Below, piece after piece: positions 16,773 through 25,393 of a stretch of 64,000 bases of DNA. Numbering within the stretch: position 1 is the first letter of the stretch; every line of letters begins with the position of its first letter. The position numbers and the translations under genes were made by a program. The DNA is taken from positions 282,325-346,324 of the forward strand of contig PLMU01000006.1 of the NCBI GenBank assembly GCA_003142595.1, given 5' to 3'. The stretch comes from Phycisphaerales bacterium (GTDB lineage Bacteria; Planctomycetota; Phycisphaerae; Sedimentisphaerales; UBA12454). Under the pieces are notes generated by a model. It made no database searches and was not told the DNA's origin. It saw only the letters and a list, made by a program, of their open reading frames with translations.

Positions 16773-17894
16773 TTGGCTGCCGCAGTGAAAAAATATCTTG
16801 CAGACAGAACAGCTCTTATCGATGCAAGCGGCATAAGAAAAATCTTCAATCTTGCCGCCTCAATGAAAGACCCCGTCAATTTCTCTATCGGCCAGCCTGA
16901 TTTCGACGTTCCCGAGCCGCTTAAACAAATTGCTATCGATGCGATTAAGCACGGCAAAAACAAATATACGCAAACAGGCGGCGAACCGGCTCTTTGTGCC
17001 AAAATCGCAGAGAAAATTACCGCTCAATTCGGCTGGAAGAACCCTTCAGTTTTATTTGCCAGCGGCGTAAGCGGCGGTCTGCTTTTAGCCTTTATGAGTC
17101 TTATCAACCCCGGCGACGAAGTAATAATTCCCGACCCGTATTTCGTAATGTATAAGCATCTTGTAAACCTGCTCGGCGGAAAATGCGTCTTTATCGATAC
17201 ATATCCTGATTTCAGACTTCATCCGGAGAAAATCGCCGACAAAATCACTGACAAGACAAAAATTATCGTCGTAAACTCGCCCTGCAATCCTACCGGCGCA
17301 GTTTATTCGGAAAGTGAACTTAAAGCCCTTGCCGAAATCGCAGCAAAAAAGGAAATTCTCATTCTGTCCGACGAGATTTATGACAAATTCTGTTACGATG
17401 CCCCCTTCCCGAGCATCGCGTCGATTTATCCCAATACGATTCTTATGAAGGGCTTCAGTAAATCTTACGCTATGACCGGCTGGCGGCTTGCTTATGTCGC
17501 CGTCCCGCAGCATTTGAAATCTATAATCGAGGAAATGACAAAGATTCAGCAATATACTTTTGTTTGTGCACCGTCGCCATTCCAGCAGGCGGCTCTTGCT
17601 GCTTTGGATTACGATATCAGCGACCTTATCGCAGGATACAAAACCAAACGGGACTTAATGTATAACGGCTTGAAAGACAAATTTGAAATCGTTAAACCTG
17701 CCGGCGCGTTTTACGCTTTTCTCAAATCCCCGAAAGGCAGCGGCACAGAATTCGTCGAAAAGGCAATCAAAAATAATGTGCTGATTATTCCCGGCAATGT
17801 CTTTAGCGAAAAAGATACACATTTCCGCCTCTGTTATACGACAACCGAGGACAAGATTAAAAAAGGCGTCGAAATCCTAAGAAAATTAGCCTAA
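16773..17894 (+). CDS. Class I/II PLP-dependent aminotransferase (aspartate/aromatic aminotransferase-like)
   Basis: 373 aa. NPCNPTG and the PLP-lysine motif SKSYAMTGWRLAY. The start codon is uncertain (TTG 16773 or GTG 16785). Confidence 0.85.
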   Translation: MAAAVKKYLADRTALIDASGIRKIFNLAASMKDPVNFSIGQPDFDVPEPLKQIAIDAIKHGKNKYTQTGGEPALCAKIAEKITAQFGWKNPSVLFASGVSGGLLLAFMSLINPGDEVIIPDPYFVMYKHLVNLLGGKCVFIDTYPDFRLHPEKIADKITDKTKIIVVNSPCNPTGAVYSESELKALAEIAAKKEILILSDEIYDKFCYDAPFPSIASIYPNTILMKGFSKSYAMTGWRLAYVAVPQHLKSIIEEMTKIQQYTFVCAPSPFQQAALAALDYDISDLIAGYKTKRDLMYNGLKDKFEIVKPAGAFYAFLKSPKGSGTEFVEKAIKNNVLIIPGNVFSEKDTHFRLCYTTTEDKIKKGVEILRKLA

Positions 17895-17910
17895 GATTTC
17901 CTTTTCCACA

Positions 17911-19989
17911 TTATTCCTTCGCTCCGGCTTTTTCAAGAAGCTGCACGATATCTGTTAGGCCATTTTCTTTTGCAATGCTCAAGGGTGTATAATCTTTCCC
18001 CCCACTACTTACCTTGACATTGACATCGGCTCCTTTTTCCAGCAAGAGTTTGACGACCTCGGTGCGAGCGTTCGCTGTGGCTATAAACAGCGGAGTAACG
18101 CCGTTTGTTTTATCGGCGGCGTTCACATCGGCCTTCGCCGCCAGCAGGCACTTGACAACCTCTGTATGGCCGTTCTGCGACGCTATCCACAGGGCGGTTG
18201 TGCCGCTATCGGTTTTCTTTACATTTACATCATCGCCCTTTTCCAAAAGGAGCTTAACAATTTCCGTATGGCCTTGCTGCGACGCCATCCACAAGGCCGT
18301 TACGCCGTCGGCGGTTCTTTTCACATTTACATCAGCGCCCTTTTCCAAAAGGAGTTTGACGACCTCTGTATGGCCATTCTGTGACGCTTGCCACAGGGCC
18401 GTTACGCCGTCGGTTGTTTTTGCATTGACATCAGCACCCTTTTCCAAAAGGAGTTTGACGACCTCTGTATGGCCATTCTCCGCTACTACAAACAGTGGAG
18501 TGACACCGTTTGTTTTAGCGGCGTTCACGTCGGCCTTCGCCGCCAGCAGGCATTTGACGACCTCCGTATGACCCTCCTGCGATGCCGTCCACAGGGCAGT
18601 TACGCCGTCGGTTGTTTTTGCATTAACATCAGCACCCTTTCCCAGTAGGAGCTTGACGACCTCCGTATGGCCGTTCACCGCCGCCATCATCAGGGCAGTA
18701 CAGCCGTCGGTGTTTCTCTTCAAATTTACATCCGCCCCCTTCTCCAGCAGGAGCTTGACAACATCAACACAGCCTTCCTGCGCCGCCTTCCACAGGGCAG
18801 TTACGCCGTCGGTTGTATCCTTTACATTTACATCAGCGCCTTTTTCCAGTAAGAGTTTGACGACATCCGTATGACCGTTCTGCGAGGCCACCATCAAGGC
18901 GGTTACGCCTTCGTCGGTTTTCTTCACATTGACCTCGGCCTCCTTCTCCAGCAGGAGCTTGACGACCTCCGTATGGCCGTTTTCCGCGGCTGTCCACAGT
19001 GCCGTTTCGCCGTTTTTGGTTTTTGCATTAACATCGCCACCCTTTTCCAAAAGAAGCTTGACGACCTCTGTATGGCCCTCCACCGACGCAATCCACAAGG
19101 CGGCTATACCATCGTTGTTCTTTGCATTTATATCAGCGCCCTTTTCCAAAAGGAGTTTGACGACTTCCGTATAACCTTTCTGCGATGCTATAATCAGGGC
19201 GGTTGCGCCGGTTTCGGTTTGCTTTACATTTACATCGGCCCCCTTTTCCAAAAGCAGCTTGACGACCTCTGTATGGCCATTCTGCGCCGCCATCCACAGA
19301 GGCGTTATATCGTTGTTGTCCTTGGTATTAACATTAGCGCCTTTTTCAAGGAGGAGCTTGGTGGTTTCCGTATGACCATTCTGCGCTGCAATCCAAAGGG
19401 TCGTTCTGCTGTCGTTATTCTTGGCATTTACATCGGCGCCCTTTTCCAAAAGAAGCTTAACGACCTCCGTATGGCCCCCCTGCGCCGCCTGCCACAAGGC
19501 CGTACAGCCAGTTCCGGTTTGCTTCACATTAACATCGGCGCCCTTTTCCAAAAGAAGCTTGACGACCTCCGCATGGCCTTCCTGCGACGCTATCAACAGG
19601 GCCGTTGTGCCGTCGGTGGTCCTCTTTGCATTGACATCAGCACCCTTTTCAAAAAGAAACTTGACGATTTCCGTATGGCCGTTCTGCGATGCTTGCCATA
19701 AGGCGGTGCAGCCGGTTCCGGTTTGTTTCACATTTATATCGGCCCCCTTTTTCAAAAGCAGTTTGACAATTTCTGTATGGCCGTTGTTCGCTGCCCACAT
19801 CAATACAGGCACTCCACCATCATCTTTGGCATTCGGGGCGGCGCCTTGGGACAAAGCAGTTTTTACGGCAGGCAGGTTGCCATCTTTTGCGGCCTGAATC
19901 AATTGGGCATTCTTGTCTGATACATCCGCTTTGGCAAAAGCCGCAGATATCAGAGAAAGGCACACTATCGTAAACAGGATTCGTTTCAT
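17911..19989 (-). CDS. Secreted ankyrin-repeat protein (about 19-20 tandem ANK repeats)
   Basis: 692 aa. Signal peptide MKRILFTIVCLSLISAAFAKA. The rest is 33-34-aa repeats of the form TALW.A.QNGHTEVVKLLLEKGADVN.K. Confidence 0.9.
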   Translation of the reverse strand: MKRILFTIVCLSLISAAFAKADVSDKNAQLIQAAKDGNLPAVKTALSQGAAPNAKDDGGVPVLMWAANNGHTEIVKLLLKKGADINVKQTGTGCTALWQASQNGHTEIVKFLFEKGADVNAKRTTDGTTALLIASQEGHAEVVKLLLEKGADVNVKQTGTGCTALWQAAQGGHTEVVKLLLEKGADVNAKNNDSRTTLWIAAQNGHTETTKLLLEKGANVNTKDNNDITPLWMAAQNGHTEVVKLLLEKGADVNVKQTETGATALIIASQKGYTEVVKLLLEKGADINAKNNDGIAALWIASVEGHTEVVKLLLEKGGDVNAKTKNGETALWTAAENGHTEVVKLLLEKEAEVNVKKTDEGVTALMVASQNGHTDVVKLLLEKGADVNVKDTTDGVTALWKAAQEGCVDVVKLLLEKGADVNLKRNTDGCTALMMAAVNGHTEVVKLLLGKGADVNAKTTDGVTALWTASQEGHTEVVKCLLAAKADVNAAKTNGVTPLFVVAENGHTEVVKLLLEKGADVNAKTTDGVTALWQASQNGHTEVVKLLLEKGADVNVKRTADGVTALWMASQQGHTEIVKLLLEKGDDVNVKKTDSGTTALWIASQNGHTEVVKCLLAAKADVNAADKTNGVTPLFIATANARTEVVKLLLEKGADVNVKVSSGGKDYTPLSIAKENGLTDIVQLLEKAGAKE

Positions 19990-20042
19990 AAGATTCTCCC
20001 TATTCTATAAGTTGATGCTTTACTTAACTGACATTTCCCATA

Positions 20043-20065
20043 TTAATCCGCCTCTGGCGGATTAA
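20043..20065. promoter_or_regulatory. Perfect 10-bp inverted repeat TTAATCCGCC-tct-GGCGGATTAA upstream of the ankyrin gene
   Basis: Read directly. It lies about 55-75 nt upstream of the ankyrin start codon (19989, minus strand). It could be an operator palindrome or a 5'-UTR hairpin. Confidence 0.45.
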
Positions 20066-20178
20066 ACACATAGCAATCAAGTCATTCAGCCCCATAAAAA
20101 TACCAAATCTTGCTTGCAATGCAATTTGAATTTGGAGCAGCTTAGTGGATTTTGCCCGTCTTCGGCCATGGAAACCCG

Positions 20179-20226
20179 AATAAAAACAAACGGGACGCAT
20201 CTTATTTCTTAAGAAACGTCCCGTTT
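20179..20226 (-). terminator. Probable intrinsic terminator of the htrA-like gene
   Basis: On the minus strand, aaacgggacg...cgtcccgttt forms a 10-bp stem, with an internal tctta/taaga extension. It is followed by gtttttatt. It begins about 22 nt after the stop at 20249. Confidence 0.55.
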
Positions 20227-20248
20227 TAAAAATCAGTTAGTTACAATT

Positions 20249-21721
20249 CTACTGCCCAAGATTGAGAACGATATATCTTGCAAATTCACCCTGCCGGACA
20301 TAAAGCAGGATAGAATTTCCCGATTTTTTAATCAGTTCCCAGAAATCGGCAGCATCCTTGACTTTTTGTTTATTGACTTCCATAATTAAGGTTCCGGCAA
20401 CAATCTCCGCCTCTTCAGCAGGCGAGCCGGGTTCCACAGCGGTAACTATAACGCCTGTTTTTTCATCCTTATAGCCAAACTGCTGCGCAAGCTCCGGGGT
20501 TAAATTCTGAACGGTTATGCCGAGTTTTTCGACTGTTTGTTCCTGCTGCTGGGCGGCAGCGGTCCCGGCTTTTCTGGCGGCAAGTTCGACAGTAATATCT
20601 TTTTCGTTACTGTCCCTGATAACGGTCAGCGTTACTTTTGTGCCGGGCGCAAATTCAGCGATTTCATTTCTGAAACTGTCCCAGTTGCTGATTTCTTTGC
20701 CGTTCTTTTTTACAATAATATCGCCTTTATGCATTTCGGCTTTTTCGGCCGGGCTGCCCTTGGCGATATCATTAACAACTATGCCTTTATATCCTTTTGC
20801 GCCGAGCAGCTCCGCCATTTGCGGGGTTACATTATCACAATAAATGCCGATGTAGCCTCGCGTAACTTTACCGCCGGCGATAATCTGTTTATAGACATTT
20901 TTTGCTATATTGATTGGAATAGCAAAACCAATACCTGAATATTCGCCGCTCTGGCTGACTATCGCGGTATTCATACCAATAACTTTTCCATCGATATTAA
21001 TCAGCGGTCCGCCTGAGTTGCCGAAATTAATTGCCGCATCTGTTTGTATGAAGTCCTCATACTCCGCAAGGCCGATTCTGCTCCTGCCTTTGGCCGAAAC
21101 AATACCTGCCGTTACGGTATGGCTCAGGCCGAACGGGTTTCCTATTGCCAGAACCCACTGGCCGACTTTGAGTTTATCAGAGTCGCCCAGTTCGACCACA
21201 GGCAGATTCTTTGCATTAATTTTTATTACCGCAACGTCGGTTTCAGGGTCTGTGCCGATTACCTTTGCCGTTAATTCTCTATCGTCAGAAAGTTTAACGG
21301 TTATTTTGTTGGCATCTTTAACAACGTGATTATTAGTCAAAATGTAACCGTCCGATGTAATAATAAAACCTGACCCCTGGCCGCGGCGGATTTCTTTTCT
21401 TTCCTTGGGCTGCTGCTGTTGCTGCTGTTGCTGATGCTGGCGAAACTGAGGACCGAAAAATCTTTTGAAAAATTCATCATTTTGAAACTGTTCAAACGGG
21501 TCTCCAAAATAATAATCGGATATTCTCTGTGTGTATTCCTGTTCGATGCTTACGAAGACCACGGCAGGACTTACCTTTGCCGCAATGTCCGCAAAGACTT
21601 CGCCGGTGTTGCGAAGGGTTTCAACATCGGATTTTTTATCAGGCTCGGCTAAACAAAGGGGTGACATAAAGGAAATGACAAAAATTGCAAGAACTACCAA
21701 AAGCTTTTTTTCGCGATTCAT
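20249..21721 (-). CDS. htrA: Periplasmic HtrA/DegP-family serine protease with two PDZ domains
   Basis: 490 aa with a signal peptide. Catalytic-triad contexts are TNNHVV (His), DVAVIKI (Asp) and GNSGGPLI (Ser). The C-terminal half has two PDZ-like segments. An unusual QHQQQQQQQQ insertion lies near residue 95. Confidence 0.9.
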   Translation of the reverse strand: MNREKKLLVVLAIFVISFMSPLCLAEPDKKSDVETLRNTGEVFADIAAKVSPAVVFVSIEQEYTQRISDYYFGDPFEQFQNDEFFKRFFGPQFRQHQQQQQQQQPKERKEIRRGQGSGFIITSDGYILTNNHVVKDANKITVKLSDDRELTAKVIGTDPETDVAVIKINAKNLPVVELGDSDKLKVGQWVLAIGNPFGLSHTVTAGIVSAKGRSRIGLAEYEDFIQTDAAINFGNSGGPLINIDGKVIGMNTAIVSQSGEYSGIGFAIPINIAKNVYKQIIAGGKVTRGYIGIYCDNVTPQMAELLGAKGYKGIVVNDIAKGSPAEKAEMHKGDIIVKKNGKEISNWDSFRNEIAEFAPGTKVTLTVIRDSNEKDITVELAARKAGTAAAQQQEQTVEKLGITVQNLTPELAQQFGYKDEKTGVIVTAVEPGSPAEEAEIVAGTLIMEVNKQKVKDAADFWELIKKSGNSILLYVRQGEFARYIVLNLGQ

Positions 21722-22025
21722 CAGTATTTTCCTTTCAAACGGTGATTAATAACAAAAACAACTGCGGTAGACAGCCCCGCAGACTCATTTTAAACCGGCG
21801 AATAACTTTTTAATACGTTAGTTACAAAAGATTGTTCGATTATCGGCTATATTATCTATCCTTTCAGGGTTATAAAATACTTATTTATTCAAAGGTTTTT
21901 ACTCTATATAATCTTATCTAAATAAATCAGTCAATATGCGTCATAAATATCTTAATATTAAAGACTTGCGTTTTTGTCCAATTTATGATAAAAGGAAAGA
22001 TTATTTTATTTCAGGAAACTAATTA

Positions 22026-22811
22026 ATGGCCAAAAATCTGATAGATATTATTTACGAAGACAGCGAGATTTTCGTAATTAACAAACCCGCGGGGATAAGT
22101 GTTACGCACGACCGCAGCGGCAGCGATGACATTATCGAAGTCTTACAAAAGCAAATCGACCTGGGAGATTTACGAATCGTCCATCGGCTGGACAAAGACA
22201 CAAGCGGCGTAATGATAATGGCAAAAAATAAAGAATCGCAGAGCAAATTTTGCAGCCTGTTTGAAAAATCGAACGTCAAAAAAACATATCTCGCTCTGGT
22301 AACCGGCTGCCCTGAAAGTCAGACCGGCGAAATCGACGCCCCACTTATGCAAAGCGAAAAAGATCCGCGCAAAATGTTGGTCAACAGCAAAAAAGGAAAA
22401 GACGCCAAGACCCGCTGGCAGCTTCTGGCCGATTTCGGCAGCGTCAGCCTCGTTGCCGCCCGGCCGGTAACAGGCAGAACACATCAAATTAGAGTCCATT
22501 TCCAGCACGCAGGTTTCCCGCTTGTTATCGACCCGTTGTATGGGTCAAATTCACCACTAATGCTTTCGAGTTTCAAAGCGGGTTATAAGCTTGCCAAATT
22601 CGCAGAAGAAATACCGCTTATCACGAGACTTACTCTTTGTGCATACGAGTTGGAGGTTGAGAACCTTCATCTTGTCGCGCCGCTTGAGAAAAAATTCAAG
22701 GCTGCAATTAAAATGCTCACAAAATACAATCCAAAGGGCCCAGAGGCGTTTATTAATAAGGACAATTTCAACCGTCTGCTTAATTCTGAATCCCTGCCGC
22801 TGGATATTTAG
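22026..22811 (+). CDS. RluA-family pseudouridine synthase
   Basis: 261 aa. Catalytic-Asp motif HRLDKDTSGVMIMAK and RTHQIRVH motif. Confidence 0.85.
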   Translation: MAKNLIDIIYEDSEIFVINKPAGISVTHDRSGSDDIIEVLQKQIDLGDLRIVHRLDKDTSGVMIMAKNKESQSKFCSLFEKSNVKKTYLALVTGCPESQTGEIDAPLMQSEKDPRKMLVNSKKGKDAKTRWQLLADFGSVSLVAARPVTGRTHQIRVHFQHAGFPLVIDPLYGSNSPLMLSSFKAGYKLAKFAEEIPLITRLTLCAYELEVENLHLVAPLEKKFKAAIKMLTKYNPKGPEAFINKDNFNRLLNSESLPLDI

Positions 22812-22885
22812 CGGACGAACGATTTTTCTTGATTATAAGAAGTCCGGACGGTAAACTTTTAGCCCGTCATAAGTTGAGGTATGTT

Positions 22886-24211
22886 ATGTCTGAAAAAGCA
22901 ATTAAAATTGGATTAGTCGGTTTCGGAACCGTAGGCAGCGGAGTCGCGAAGATTCTGCTTGAAGACGCCGACTATATCAAGGCGAGAACCGGCTTAAAAC
23001 TCGAGCTTGCAAAGGTCGTGGACGTCGATACAAAAAGAGAGCGTCCTGTAAAATTGCCTGCAGGAATTCTTACCAGCGACTTAAACAGTCTGCTCAATGA
23101 CAAAGACATTCAAATAGCGATTGAGCTTGTCGGCGGAACAAAAATCGCAAAAGATATCCAGTTGAAAATGCTCGCTGCCGGCAAAGATGTCGTTACAGCC
23201 AATAAAGCGCTGCTGGCAGAACACGGTAACGAACTTTACTCGGCCGCTCACAAGGCCGACAAGTGCATCGCATTCGAGGCAAGCTGCGCCGGCGGAATAC
23301 CGATAATTTCCGCAATCCGGACAGGACTTGCAGCCAATAGAATAAAAGCCATCTACGGCATACTGAACGGAACTTGCAATTACATTCTTTCCAATATGAG
23401 CAAGAAAGACGAAAGTTTCCGCTCGGCTCTGAAGCAGGCTCAGGACAAAGGCTACGCCGAGGCTGACCCCACGCTGGACATCAACGGACACGACAGCGCA
23501 CATAAACTTGCTATCCTGGCGTCAATAAGTTTCGGATGTGAAATTCTGCCAGACGATATTTTCGTCGAAGGCATTGAAAACATCGATATAGTCGATATCC
23601 GTTACGGAAAAGAGATGGGTTACACCCTCAAGCTCCTTGCTATCGGGCAAAAAACCGATGCCGGCAAACTTTTCCTTCGCGTTCATCCGTCATTTATATC
23701 CAGCGAAAACGCCCTTGCAAGAGTCGATGGTCCGTTTAACGCGGTAAGCATATTCGGCCACGCGGTCGGCCAGACTATGTTCTACGGCCGAGGCGCGGGA
23801 ATGATGCCCACCGCTTCTGCTGTCGTTGCCGACATAATCGACGTCGCTATGGGCAATTCCAAAAAACTTTTCAAACATCTGACTCTCGAGCCGAGAAATA
23901 AAATCGATTCTTCATTCGGCAAAATAGACGACCTTATGAGCAGATTTTATATTAAGCTCAAGGTTGCAGATAAACCCGGCGTCTTCGCTCAAATCTGCAC
24001 TATCCTTGCCAATCACGAAATAAGTCTTTCAGGCGTTCTTCAGCACGAAGAGCATAATGCAAAAGATTTAGTGCCGGCGGTTGTAATTACACATCTGACA
24101 CAGCAAAATAAAATTACCGCGGCACTGCACGATTTTGGCAAACTGGAAATTGTAAAAAGCAGCCCTGTTTGCATAAGAATAGTCGATATACCGGAGGACA
24201 GCATTGACTAA
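22886..24211 (+). CDS. hom: Homoserine dehydrogenase with a C-terminal ACT domain
   Basis: The track ORF starts at 22829. ATG 22886 gives MSEKAIKIGLVGFGTVGSGV (Rossmann GxGxxG). The Hom core (NGTCNYIL, DPTLDINGHDSAHKLAILAS) and an ACT-like tail follow. Confidence 0.9.
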   Translation: MSEKAIKIGLVGFGTVGSGVAKILLEDADYIKARTGLKLELAKVVDVDTKRERPVKLPAGILTSDLNSLLNDKDIQIAIELVGGTKIAKDIQLKMLAAGKDVVTANKALLAEHGNELYSAAHKADKCIAFEASCAGGIPIISAIRTGLAANRIKAIYGILNGTCNYILSNMSKKDESFRSALKQAQDKGYAEADPTLDINGHDSAHKLAILASISFGCEILPDDIFVEGIENIDIVDIRYGKEMGYTLKLLAIGQKTDAGKLFLRVHPSFISSENALARVDGPFNAVSIFGHAVGQTMFYGRGAGMMPTASAVVADIIDVAMGNSKKLFKHLTLEPRNKIDSSFGKIDDLMSRFYIKLKVADKPGVFAQICTILANHEISLSGVLQHEEHNAKDLVPAVVITHLTQQNKITAALHDFGKLEIVKSSPVCIRIVDIPEDSID

Positions 24212-25391
24212 ATACGCGATTATAATTCCGGACGGCGCTGCCGATGAACCGATTGAGCAGTTCGGCGGCAAAACGATATTCGAGGCTGCCGAGATTCCAA
24301 ACATTGACAAAATAAGTCAAACAGGCAAAGAGGGTTTGGTCCAGACAGTGCCCCCGAATATGTCTCCCGGCAGCGATGTCGCGATGATGAGCCTGCTGGG
24401 ATATGACCCGCAAAGATTTTATACCGGCAGAGCGCCGCTCGAAGCGGTGGCGATGAATATTCAGCTTGAGCCGACCGATTGGGTGTTCAGGTGCAATCTC
24501 GTAACAATCGCAGATGAAAAAATGGCCGACCACAGCGCAGGACACATTTCCAGTCCTGAAGGCGGCAAAATTATTGAAGATTTAAATAAAACTCTCGGCA
24601 GCGATAAAATCAAATTTTACCCGGGCGTCAGTTACAGACATCTTTGCGTAATAAAAGGTATGGACTTTGACGTTTATACCGAGCCACCGCACGACATAAT
24701 CGGTCAGCAGATAGCAAAGAATCTGCCGCGTGGTAAAAACGCCGAGTTTCTCGTTGATCTGATGGCAAAATCGAAACAACTTCTTGCAGAGCACGAAGTT
24801 AATAAGGTCCGGCGCGATTTGGGCGAAAATCCCGTAAGCTCCATCTGGCTGTGGGGACAGGGTAAAAAGGCCGCGATGGACAGCTTCCAAAGCAGGTTCA
24901 GCCTTAAAGGCGTGGCGATTACCGCCGTTGACCTTGTAAGAGGACTGGCCAAACTGATTGGCTTTGACCTTATCAAAGTTGAAGGCGCGACAGGTTTTGC
25001 GGATACGAATTACAAAGGAAAAGCAGAGGCCGCGATTAAGGCGCTGGAAAAATATGATATTGTTCTTGTGCATATTGAAGGCCCGGACGAGGCCGGCCAC
25101 GCTGGAAACGCTGATATGAAGAAAAAAGCGGTTGAACGAATTGACAAATACATTGTTGGGCCGGTATATCAGGCCCTGCAAAAATATGTAAGCTGGCGGA
25201 TACTCGTAATGCCGGACCATTTGACGCCGGTAAAGTCTCAGGCACATTCAGGTCAGCCTGTTCCGTTCGCGATGGCGGGAACCGGAGTTTCAGGAATAAT
25301 GAACCAGCCCTTCAGCGAAGCAGAGGCGGCGCAGTCGGGACTGAAAATTGAAAAAGGTTTTGAACTGATGGAATACTTTCTAAAGAGTTAA
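24204..25391 (+). CDS. ApgM-type metalloenzyme (cofactor-independent phosphoglycerate mutase family); by context the 'proposed homoserine kinase' subgroup
   Basis: 395 aa. MTKYAIIIPDGAADEP...PNMSPGSDVAMMSLLGYDP...YTGRAPLEA...FRCNLVT and HIEGPDEAGHAGN are typical of the archaeal-type iPGM/ApgM family. It overlaps hom by 8 nt and ends 2 nt before lysC. Confidence 0.7.
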   Translation: MTKYAIIIPDGAADEPIEQFGGKTIFEAAEIPNIDKISQTGKEGLVQTVPPNMSPGSDVAMMSLLGYDPQRFYTGRAPLEAVAMNIQLEPTDWVFRCNLVTIADEKMADHSAGHISSPEGGKIIEDLNKTLGSDKIKFYPGVSYRHLCVIKGMDFDVYTEPPHDIIGQQIAKNLPRGKNAEFLVDLMAKSKQLLAEHEVNKVRRDLGENPVSSIWLWGQGKKAAMDSFQSRFSLKGVAITAVDLVRGLAKLIGFDLIKVEGATGFADTNYKGKAEAAIKALEKYDIVLVHIEGPDEAGHAGNADMKKKAVERIDKYIVGPVYQALQKYVSWRILVMPDHLTPVKSQAHSGQPVPFAMAGTGVSGIMNQPFSEAEAAQSGLKIEKGFELMEYFLKS

Positions 25392-25393
25392 TT

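Noticed and set aside
16267-17002. Minus-strand ORFs 16267..16707 (146 aa) and 16415..17002 (195 aa), rich in Ala/Gly/Pro/Cys
   Set aside because: They are antisense to the GC-rich Ala/Pro/Lys tail of the small basic protein and to the start of the aminotransferase gene. Their low-complexity translation is a typical artefact, while the plus-strand genes have recognisable family motifs.
18014-19920. Many long plus-strand ORFs (for example 18871..19701, 276 aa; 18014..18571, 185 aa) antisense to the ankyrin gene
   Set aside because: They mirror the 33-34-aa periodicity of the ankyrin repeats and exist only because the repeated codon pattern lacks stops in the antisense frames. The minus-strand frame has an unmistakable ANK consensus and a signal peptide.
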